Source: Chrysemys picta bellii
Taxonomy: Eukaryota
Assembly: GCF_011386835.1 (NCBI RefSeq)
Contig: NC_088800.1
Coordinates: 8,060,001 to 8,124,000, forward strand
Reading direction: 5' to 3'
Length of the DNA stretch: 64,000 nt
Part shown: positions 32,801 through 44,800 of the stretch, piece by piece
Layout: each line of letters opens with the position of its first letter
How positions within the stretch are numbered: position 1 is the stretch's first letter
Notes under the pieces: generated by a model
The model's database searches: none
Told to the model about the DNA's origin: nothing
What the model saw: the letters and a program-made list of their open reading frames with translations, nothing else
Program-made: the position numbers and the translations under genes

Positions 32801-35800
32801 CATATGGTGACTGGTAGACACAACCAGGGAGAGTTCAGGGAGAGGATAAAGCTGTATATTTTATGTCTCGGTAATTGTTCAGTCTCCAGCCACAATTCCA
32901 TTTCTGCATAATGTCTATGCAGGAGCAATCAATGTTCTGATTTTCCTTTTTTTGTTTTTGTTTTGCAGCTGGCGATTTTCATTTTATCTCACATCATCCA
33001 TTGCTGGATTTATATTTCTATATGATGTAAGTTAATTTGGAAGAGATTTTCAATTCTTATCACAGTTGTAACAAAATAAGGGCGTATTCCCAAGGCCTTT
33101 GCCGTCAGTGGATGATTTCCCATTGACTTCAATGGGCTTTGGATTCAGACCATAATGCTGTTTTATAAAGTATTATAATCTAAATTACAGCCTAGTCTTT
33201 TCACCCAGATTTTATTTACATTTAAACGTACTATTATTCTTTCTCAATAAAATGTAATTTTACATCTAACCAGCATTTTAAGGAAGAATTGCAAAAATTA
33301 TTATTGTCAGGCAGTGTTGCGTTATTTAATAGACGTGTGGGTGATGGTTTTACAATGTATCTCGTGGATTTCATGTAACGTGGTCATATTTTCAAAATCA
33401 AAAACCAGGAGAGTTTTGTTGTAACATTTTTTTAGAGTCACATTCAGACAAAAACCAAAAGGCCACTTTTTTTTTTTTTTTTAATGTTCACCGTGGTTGC
33501 TATTGTCAATACTCAACATCAATATGTGTGTTCTTGTTGGAGCAGAGGATTTTTCCCTGTAAGCTAATGTTCTGAATGAGTTTCTCAGGACACACTGCAC
33601 AGATGTCATTAACATTCATTTTGAGCGAAAGAACTGCTTTGATGGGTTAGGTGCCCATTTGGCTTTTTTCTTCACTCCAAGCACTGTTCATCTTGCTGAA
33701 TGCTTGTTCCGCTGGAAAGACTGTGCCTGATAAAGACAGTACAAATTCTAATCGCTGTAGCAATGTATCTTGAACAAACTGTACTTATAAAAGAAATCCA
33801 ATGTCTTGAATGATAAAATGATCAAATGAAACATTTCAGGTGCCCCAAAAATCTCCCGAGACATTTGGGACATCATCTGAAGAACTGGGACTGGCACGTG
33901 ATTGCTTTAGAGTACAGTTGATAGAGAAAATGTAGTATGAGAATATAACTGGTAATCCTGCTTCAGCCTAGAGTTACTTTTTAAATATTTCTGAGCTAAG
34001 ATTGACAAACTGCTCATTCTTTGCATGGTTCTGTCTTTCCCCAGAAACCTTGGTTTTATGATATATGGCAAGTGTGGGTTGGCTATCCATTTCAGGTGAG
34101 CTCTTCAGAACTGTTGCATTGATCAACATGGTATTTTTGTTGTTTTCCCCAGTGGAGGAAATGGCCCTTTCACAGTTTAGATAGATGCATAGACTTTTAA
34201 TATAAATAAACTACTTCAGTTTCAGTTATCAGATGTGTGAATATGTTACAATTTTAATTTGTAAATAATAATGATGGACTTGATTTATTTTCACTGGTTT
34301 GCAAGTAAATGCAGGTGCACTCTGCATCCGAAGAAGTGGGCTGTAGCCCATGAAAGCTTATGCTCAAATAAATTTGTTAGTCTCTAAGGTGCCACAAGTC
34401 CTCCTGTTCTTTTTGCGGATACAGACTAACACGGGTGCTACTCTGAAATCTGCATATAGAGCACGTTGCTGACAGAGAAGGCATACTAGAATCTGGAAGC
34501 GGAGCAGCTGAAGTAACTGGGAGTTTTGCCTGAATAAAGGCTGAAAGAGTTGGCCCTCAGAATGTTTTGCTCCTTAATAAAGCTCAGAACATTATTCCAG
34601 TTTTCAAACTCAGATTAAGTAGAAGAGCAAAAGCCGTGTAAATAAGTCCATGGTATTTTGTACTCTCTGTTGCAATGCGTTGAAATGACTAGAGAAAAAA
34701 TTGATATTTTCTTCCTTACAGCCCTTGCTATCATCCCAATATTGGTACTACATGGTCGAGATTAGTTTTTATTGGTCTCTGCTGTTTACCCTTGGTACTG
34801 ACATCAAAAGGAAGGCAAGTATTTACAGTTATTTGCAAGCAAAGTCTTTGATTCTCTTATGAATGATACTCTTCTGTTAAGAAAACACTGTGGCAGGTGC
34901 TGAAATAATCAGAGCTTGAACCTTCAAGTCAGTAGCTATTTGCTGAATATGATATGGCCAGGATGTCCCCAGCCATCCCTTTCCCCTATAACGAGTGGTG
35001 GGGGAAGGGGTGAGTGATATCTCACCCCAAAATAATTGGTCTGTGTAACCAGGAGTAAACCTCACCTCTGTAATATTCTCTGTGTCTGGGTAGGAGGCAG
35101 GGAGAAGGGGCCAGGAGTATCTCTCTCACCCCTGTAATAATTGTATGTGTACTAAGAGGTATTCCTCGCCCCTGCAATAAACCAACATCACGGTTATACC
35201 AAATCCAACAAATGGAGTGGGGGGTGGCGGGGGGGGGACTAAAAGCTTGGTCCTTCCACTCCCAAACCACAGGCTTCTACCACCTAAGCTGAAGAAGAAT
35301 TCCCATACCTGGTAACAGTAGCAGGTCATCTAGCCTCTCCATGGGGTCAGCCACTAGAGCAGGGTTTCTCAACCCATGAGTCGGGACCCAAAATTGGGTT
35401 GCCAGAATGTTTCAGAGTCACACAGCAGCTCCTGTACCACGGAGCTGGCTGGGCTCGCCTCCCTGCTCCAGACATTGCAGCCTCTGGGGTCCCAAATACC
35501 AATCAGGTTTAGCCCAGCCATCATGAGGATGGGAGTCCAGGTAGGCCAAATTTGAATGATTGGCATTGTAACCCCATGAGCCAGGTCATAACTCCACTCA
35601 CACAAATTTGCTCCAGTCAGGACAGCAGGGCCAAACCTGAGCGATGCTGCAACTCCAGAGGTTGCGATGTCCAGATTGGAGAGCCAAGTCCAGCCAGTAC
35701 AGGAGCTGCAGGAGATGCCACTGTGGGGTGAGCGCCAGGCAGGACCCAACCCCTCCAGTGGTTAGGATCTGTCCGAAACCACTTCAGGGCCTCCACCCCA

Positions 35801-38800
35801 GGCTATCAACATTTACAAATGGGTCCTAAGCCCAAAAAGGTTGAGAACCGCTGACGAGAGGACAGCATCACTCTAGAACTTGTACACACAAAGCCAGTAC
35901 GTTGCTCGCTCTCTCTGCTTCCGTTACAACCTCTCGTTTGGGTGCCTGCTGTGCTGCTTCCATTGGTAAATGTCTGTTTTGGAAAGCAATGGTGTTTGCT
36001 TTAAGTTTTGTTTTTTATTTTATTCGTAGGACTTTATGGCCCACGTCGTTCACCATTTGGCAGCCATTGTTTTGATGGCCTGTTCTTGGTGTGGCAATTA
36101 CGTTCGTATTGGGACCTTAGTGATGATTGTACATGATACTGCAGACTTCTGGCTTGAGGTAAACCTCACAGTTAATTTTTATTGCTCAGGTTTTGTTCAG
36201 TGGCAGGTTTTTCCCCCTTTTTTCCTCCTTCCGTCCCCATTACGAAATGTTTTTATAGATTTGTAAGGCCAAGGGGACCATTAGATTACCTAGTCTGACC
36301 TCTTGTCATTGAAGAACTTTGGGCAGTTGAAAACAGACAGGAAGAGAAGTCCTGTAGTGTGAAATTGGGGCTAGAATTTCAGCTGTGCACCTGGATTGTT
36401 CTTCTTTTGCACTTAAAATGAGACAAAATAGGCCAACCTGTGGGCGGTTTGTAGCGATAGGCAAATCTTAAGAGGTTTGGTCTGGATGAGCATCTGAGAC
36501 TCGCTTCACTTCTTAGGCATTTACCTCTGTGGCCTGACCCTTAACGCTCTCTGAGTGTGGCACTCCTGTTGTGTTCCACGAGATGAAACTTGCCCCTTTG
36601 CAGCGGGGCCAGCACAAAGTGGTGCTTACGTCAGTGGAGTATGGCCCATGAACCTTTGTCCACACTTGGAAACAGCCCTGAATCAGTAATTTGGGGCCAG
36701 TAATTGGGGTAGCGGCACTGGTGGTGACCCTCTAAGCGTAGACAAGGGTGTGCTGTGACTTTACGAAAGAGACAATTCTCAGTTAACTCAATCAGTGAAA
36801 ACCTCATTGTGACAGACGCAGGCTTGGCCAATACACTGGGGATTGAACCAGGGACTTCCAGAGCTAAAAGCATGAGCTTCTAGAGTTTGAATTAAAGAGC
36901 CAAGCTGGAACAGACTCATATCCTCTGTAGATCAGGCACTGAAGGAGACACATCAACATGCCCTTATCTACGTGTAAGGGGTCAGCTCTGGTGCAGCTCT
37001 GGTGATTGCTAGCCACTGATGGCTGACTTGGGGCTATTCCTGAGTGTGTAGCAGGGCCTAAGTCTCCCCTCCCTGACTGCAGCCCCTTTAAATCTGTTGT
37101 AAACCTGGGGAATGGAAGGTCTTGCAACTAACTTAATGTTCTAATCAGAGAGTTGTTGTAAGGCCCTTCACATAGAGTCCTTTCCTTTGAGATGAAAGGA
37201 GCAATATCAACATGGAATATGTTTTGTTGTTATTTTATCAAGTAACGTTAAAATGGTTGCTATTTTTGCCAAAATGGATGGGAATTCTCTTTAATCTAAA
37301 TCCTTAATTATAAGAACTTAAAGAGGAGCTATTTCTGAGGCTAATAAATGTCTCTGAACATGTTTGGTTGGTTTTTATTCAATTTCAGTCAGCCAAAATG
37401 TTTAATTACGCTCGTTGGGAAAAAACCTGCAATGTTCTCTTCGTCATCTTCTCTATCGTGTTCTTCATCACGCGGATTATCCTTTTCCCTTTTTGGTAAG
37501 TAACATTTGATTCAGTCACAACTCCTGTTTCATTTTCTTTTCAGAAGGAGGTTGGTTAAGGTTTGGAGGAAAAGGAAAAAGAACTGGCTGTGTTATGGCT
37601 TCAGGAGAAGATCTATTATAATTATTTTTCAGAGGTCAGATTAGCAACCATTAAATGACAAATACAATGGGGATAGTACCTAATCTTGGCTCATTAAAAT
37701 TCTTAAAATGTGCAGCGTAGTTTGAGTTTACTACAATGGATTTTATGTAGCATTTTTCAGGGACACAAGCTGGTTATATTAATAATATGCCTGCATGTTG
37801 ATTGCCCAACCCTTTCTTAATTCTCTGTCACTTTCTGTATTTCCCAAATGCCCCTATCTTTTGTCTTCCTGGTTTTTGATGGTGGTTTGTTGGTTTTTTC
37901 TTTGTTTGTTTTTATTTTTTTAATTAACTGCACAAGTGGGCTTCAGTCATTTTGCTTTATGGAGTCTTATGTCATCACTCTTAAGTTTGGAAACAGTAAA
38001 TGAAGCAACTGAAGAGTATAAAACAAAAACAAACAACCTAGCTATGGAATTGAAGATGAGGCTCAAGAAAAAATAAACACATGAATTAATTAACAAAGAG
38101 CCAAATCCTAAATTCCTTCAGCATTTCACTGGAATAAGGATTTCAGGATTGGGCCTAGAGACTGGAGGGAATTAGCATTGAAAATGATGGAGAAAATCTT
38201 TTGAGTAGCAGTGTATGTATCCTACATACACTTTCCTGTTTGGAGATAATGGAATTTTTTAACTATATTTAAACCATTTTCATGCAACTCTCAAAATGCT
38301 TGGCTTCAGAAGACTATTTTAATAGCATACTGTACATTCCAGTAGAGCTAAGATTTGTTATTGAATGTTTAGTCTTTGCAGTTTTAAATATTTTGAGTAT
38401 ATAGCAAGGTGATGAAGCTAATCAATTTAAAATAAAAAAATCTAAATATCTCAGGCATGCACCAGGGGTTCCTTGTTTTGTAACAATTGCCTTTATTTTT
38501 CAGGATTTTACCTGGCACATTATATCTGCCTTCATATTACTCCTCAACAATCGTCATAGCATATTTCATCTTCAATGGGCAGCTTCTAATTCTGCAAGGC
38601 CTCCATCTATACTGGGGCTATTTTGTTCTCAAAATTTTGAATAAATTCCTGTTCCTAAAGGTAAGTAACTCAGGCTTCTGCCGAAAGATGTGGGAAACCT
38701 CAAACACTGAATTGTAACTTTGACAGAGTTACACAAAGATTCTTACTTTTCCCTTCGCCCGTTAGGACCAGATTTTCAATGAGGGAAATGCCACTCTATT

Positions 38801-41800
38801 GAAACTAGTGAGTTTTTCTGAGGCTCCAAATTATGTAACTTAAAAAGGGCCAACAAGCTCAGTTATCTCAAACAGTTGACGGTGTGTAACATCTTAGGAG
38901 AACAGAAATATTCCATTATATATTTTTTTATTATTATTTTACTTAGAATAGAAATGTGTAAATATGCCATGAATTACTGGAATATGCCTGGAAATAACTA
39001 GTCAAGAACTTTGCGCAGGCACAGATGTTAATTAAGAAAGATGCAGAAAACAAATTCCGTGTAAATCAGGAAAATGTAGATTCCTGGAACAGAATATTGA
39101 GTGAAAATGAAAAGTCAGAGCTGGTTTATATAATATGAGAGGCCGTGGGGCAGGAAATGAGTCTACCACCATACGGCACTGAACGTTGTATGTTCCTTCT
39201 ACAGGGGAGTTGAAATAAAGGAGGAAGAGGGTGAAAAGCGCAGCTTTCCATTCGCTATTAAAATCTTCTCTCCCTGTGTTGGGTAGCATTTTGGCACAGC
39301 TCCCCCTTCCCGGTTGGCTGGTACCGTGGGAGGGTGCTGCTGGAATGTGCTCATGGACTACAGCGATGGGGGCGGTGCAAGACTCTTTACAGAATAGAAG
39401 AGCTCCCCATTTACTTAACTGCTTATGTCTCTATGAGGGACAGAAGTGGTTTACTGTAAGTAACCACTGCCCAGGATTAGCCAACGTAAGCAATACAAAG
39501 ATGTCAAGCTGGCATCCTCGCCGTGGATTTTTGATTCCTTACACAGCCCCGTGAAAAGGCTGTGTCCAACAGCACTTTTACAGTGGCAGCGCTAGTCCTG
39601 TCCAGCCCAGATGACTTCAGCTGGCTTGCATGTGGAGCCTGTTTTCCACAGCAGTGGCAAACTTGGCTGTGAAATCAGCTTGGGCCTCCAAAGATGCAAA
39701 GCCAACTTTTAAAAGAATGCTGTTTGCAAGGCAGCATCGTGAAGGAAAAGCCACTTATAGAAGGGGCTAATACTGTTTTTTATAACACATTTATTATACA
39801 CAGACGCTGTGCCAATAGCTGTCGCTATTTTAGTGGAGTACCAGTAAACCATCACCCTTGCATTAGCAAAGGTTTTAGTTTCTCTGCCCAAAATGAAGGG
39901 AATTCATTCAGAAAACAGTCCATTTTTGACATTTTTTTTAAAGCAACAGCTTAAAGGCTTAGAATGGAAAAAGTAGGTCAGTTTTGAACTGGGAAGAAGC
40001 TGTTGATGATGATGAACTGCATAGGGCCAGATCCTCTGGTGGGTGCTCAGCATACCTGAAGCACAAAATGTTTCTAAATCACCTTTGCATCCCCTGTGAC
40101 CTGACCAGTTCTGTGTGGGCTGAATCCCCAGTGAAAATGATAGCAGCTCCACAGTCAACAGCTCCAAGGCTTTGTTCCAGGAGCTAGGAATCTACCTACC
40201 TTTCTTAGAGCCTTATGACCCCCATTACCAGAGTATCTGAGCCACTTCACGATCTTTAATGGCGTTATCCTCACAATACCACTCTGAGCTAGGGAAGTGC
40301 TATTCTCCTAACTTTGCAGATAGCAAACTAAGGGACAGAGTGGCTGAGCGACTTGCCCAAGGTCACAAAGGAAGTCTGGCAGAGCAGGGAACTGAAACCA
40401 GGTCTCCTGAGTCCCAGGTTAGACTCCTAACTGCTGGAAAAAAACTTCCTCTGGGTTGGAATGGTAAGGAGACCCTGTTCCCACTCCCTTTTCCCCGGCC
40501 ATAACCTCTGTGCTGGCAGCCAAGTGAATAGTGTAGGGAACCACTGCATCACCTAAGGAACCTTGGGTAGGGAGAATCCTCCGATGACTGGTGTGTTGAG
40601 GTTCTTTGCCTTGGTCAGATCAAAGCAGAGAATCTGGTGCATACATAATCTCTCTCTATCGATATGGACAAGAACTTAAAGGAACAGAACAATTGCATTT
40701 CTCAGGCAAACTTTATTTTTATTTTAGTGAAACATAAAAATATTTCATACTATCATAGAAGATTAGGGTTGGAAGAGACCTCAGGGGGTCATCTAGTCCA
40801 ACTCCCTGCTCAAAGCAGGACCAACCCCAACTAAATCATCCCAGCGAGGGCTTTGTCAGGCTGGGCCTTAAAACCTCTAAGGATGGAGATTCCACCACCT
40901 CCCTAGGAAACTCATTCCAGTGCTTCACCACCTTCCTAGTGAAATATTTTTTCCTAATATCCAACCTAGACATCCCCCACTGCAACTTGAGACCATTACT
41001 CCTTGTTCTGTCATCTGGTACCACTGAGAACAGTCTAGATCCATACTCTTTGGAGCCCCCCCTTCAAGTAGTTGAATGCAGCTATCAAATCCCCCCTCAT
41101 TCTTCTCTTCTGCAGACTAAATAATCTCAGTTCCCTCAGCCTCTCCTCATAAATCATGTGACCCAGCCCCCTAATCATTTTCGTTGCCCCCCATTGGACT
41201 CTCTCCAATTTGTCCATATACTTTCTGTAGTGGGGGGGGCCAAAACTGGATGCAGTACTCCAGAGGTGGCCTCAACAGTGCTGAACAGAGGGGAATAATC
41301 ACTTCCCTCAATCTGCTGGCAATGCTCCTACTAATACAGCCTAATATGCCATTAGCCTTCTTGGCAAAAAGGGCACACTGTTGACTCATATCCAACTTCT
41401 CGTCTACTGTAATCCCCAGGTCCTTTTCTGCAGAACTGCTGCTTAGCCAGTCGGTCCCCAGCCTGTAGCAGTGCATGGGATTCTTCTGTCCAGCCCAATC
41501 CTCCAATTTGTCTAGGTCACTCTGGAACCTATCCCTACCCTTCAGTGTATCTACCTCTCCCCTCAGCTTAGCATCATCCGTGAACTGGCTGAGGGTGCAA
41601 TCCATCCCAACATCCAGATAATTAATGAACATGTTCCACAAAATTAGCCCCAGGACCGACCCCTGGAGTATTCCACTTGATACTGGCTGCCAACTAGACA
41701 TCGAGCCATTGATCACTGCCCGTTGAGCCCGATGATCTAGACAGCTTTCTATCCACCTTATAGTCCATTCATCCAATCCATACTGTTTTAATTTGCTGGC

Positions 41801-44800
41801 AAGAATACTGTGGGAGACCGTATCAAAAGCTTTGAATAAAATACCTTAGACCTGCTGCCTTACACACACTGCTTCCATGCAGTACTTGTGGAAGTAAGGA
41901 CGACTTGCAAGATCAGACACACAGCCATTTATCTTGGGTAACTTTTGTTGGAAACTTTTTTTTCCAGGGTAACTTCTTTTCTGTTTAGGTCAGGGAATTG
42001 AAATACAGAACTGCTGGCCGCCATCTTACTGTCCAGTGGTTTTTGTTGCTAGTGTGTTTCTGTAATCTTGCCCAATTACACAGTTAAATTATCTTCTTGC
42101 ATCAGGTGTCAAACACCACTGAAACATGTCTAGTCATCATGTCAGCATATATGAGAACATTTTAGGAAAATGAAACAAAAGCATCTAGAAAAGCATGTAC
42201 GTATGCACTGATCTAGAATATCATACCAGGAAAATGCCATGGAGATTAAACGTGTTGTTCCTAGCATCAGAAAGAGAGTGAATGCAGAAGCCACTCAAGA
42301 TGATCTGCCACCATACACAAAATGTCAGTGTGCTGCCCTACTCATAGGCCTACAACAGCTGATTTGACCTGTCTGCTGCTCCATCATAACTGAGGGGCAG
42401 CCAGGCCATATTTTAGTGAGTGGCTTTGCGACCTGGCACGCAGGTTCACACCACCACTCCAATTTGGCCCCATAGCCCCTACATCGTAAGAGAGGGAGAG
42501 CGGGGAGAAAGTTGCTGTCCTGTGCAGCTGCCTAGTCTGCCTGTGGGTAGAGCAGCCTCTGAGCGAGTGACAGCAACATACAGTCACAGCATCGTGGCAG
42601 ATGAAGATGTAAAGTATATGTTGAAACCATAAGAGACTGAGTTGAGGTCTTAAGACAATAGTGCTTTAAATCCTGAAAATATGCATTGTTAGCAGACAAT
42701 GGGAGGGGATTCCAGGTGAGTCAGCTGGCTAAGGGCCTGTTATAAGGCTCATCAAAGACAGAAGGTAATGGGTTGTCTTTCAATGGGCATTGCGTCAGGT
42801 CCTCAGGGTACATCTACACTACAGCGGGGAGTCGGTTTAAGATACGCAAATTCAGCTACGTGAATAGCGTAGCTGAATTCGACGTATTACAGCCGACTTA
42901 CCCCGTTGTGAGGACGGCGGCAAAATCGACTTCTGCCGCTTTTTGTCGGCGGCGCTTACTACCACCTCCGCTGGTGGAGTTAGAGCGCCGATTCGGGGAT
43001 CGATTGTCGCGTCCCGACGGGACGCGATAAATCGATCCCCGAGAGGTCGATTTCTACCCGCCGATTCAGGCGGGTAGTATAGACCAGACCTCAGTGTGAT
43101 CAGAAATTATTTTTCAAACTCTTGTAGCTTTCTTAATTTTTAATATGTTGCCTTCCAGCTAAGCAAAGAGCTCACTCCTAGTTAGGGTTCGTGATGGCCG
43201 CCATTACCAACAGTTACTTTCCCTACACATAAAGTAGAAAATAACTGTTGTTTCTCACATACAAAGGTCATCCTTTAAAACATGCCAGTTTCCTTAAATA
43301 ATACTATTTCCATATTTGCAAAATCCCCTAGGTCTTTTGTGATGGACCAGTGGTTTTTGCCTCTGCCATTTCAGATGTAAGCCTCCTGGACTACATCCTT
43401 ACTCAGTGTTTACTCATTCCTTACTCAGACAAAATCCCAGTGTGGAGTTCTCTTGGATGAAGATTAAGCACAAATCAGACTAAATATAAGAACAGCCATA
43501 CTGGGTCAGACCAATGGTCCATCCAGCCCCAATATCCTGTTTCTGACAGTGTCCAGCACCAGAGCTTCAGGAGCAGTGTACAGAACAGGGCAATTTTGGA
43601 GAGCTCTCTACCCCTGTCTTCCCTTCCCTGCTTCTGGCAGTCAGAGTTTTATGGCCACCCTGAGCGCGGGGTTGCATCCCTGGCCCTGCATTAGATTAGC
43701 ACTGTTTGATTTTCTTTAGGAAATGTTTTGGTATGGTATCTGAAGATGGGCATGGGGAGGTTGGTGTGCTGGTAATTAACCGATAGATCTTTCTTATAGA
43801 TTTTCAAATGACCCAGTGTTTGGGTGCGAGTCGGCTACAGTTTTTCCGGGAGCTTTCCATCATGTAACAGTCAACTCCGAATTGGCCCCCTTTCCTTTGG
43901 GGCCAAGGCTTTTTTTTTTATAGTCTGAAGCTAAGGAGCTAGCCAGCCAGGTCAGAGGGAGGCTCATATTCCCTAGTCAAGGGAAATGAGTTCCTGTATG
44001 TGCCTTTCTCTCATCTGCAGTGTTTCCCATTCTGTTACAACAGTCTAGTTAAGACCCAAGGCCTGGCCACAGGTTTCACCTCACAGGATTGCCAAATTCA
44101 CCTGCAGGAGGAAAATGTCAATAATAAGCCTGATTGCAGGTCCAAGTGGTGTTTGCCATGGCTATGCATGATGGTCTTTTACTAGTTCATACCTGTTTTA
44201 GGCAATAACAATGGTAGTTGCATGTTGTGTTTCTCTGGGAGAAAGCTTATCGCTAATGAGTAGGATAGGATGCTCTGCGCCGTCTGCTACCCAGGTCTGC
44301 ACCGTCCCCATGCCTCCCTTAGACTAGAGCTCATAATCCTTGTCATGGCTCCCTAGCACAATGCTCCACAAACTGCATCATTCGAAAGGTGTTTGAATCC
44401 CCATCACCAGAATCTATAAGCACTTACATGGGGAGAAAATTTCTGATAGTTGAGGGCTCTTTATCTAGCAGACAAAGGCATAAAAAGATCCCAAGGCTGG
44501 AAGATGAAGTGAGAGAAATTCAGACTAGAAACGAAGCGTGACTTTTTTTTTTTTTTTTATAGTGAGGGTAAGTAACCTATGGACTAATTTATCTAGGGAT
44601 GTGGCAGATTCTCCATCATTTGAAGTTTCTCAAGAAAGCCTGGATGTCTTTCTAAAAGCTATGCGCTAAGTCAGCCATAAGGTATTGGGATGGATTTGGA
44701 AACCATTTGGTGAAATTCTATAGCTTGTGTTATGTAAGAGGCCGTGCTAGATGCTCAGAGTGGTTCCTTCTACATTAACAACTGCATTACCGTGTCATTT

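Noticed and set aside
34819-34820. Alternative GT donor 4 nt downstream of the GC donor
   Set aside because: It would frameshift the Lag1p exon, and its context (CAA|GTATTT) is a poorer U1 match than AAG|GCAAGT.
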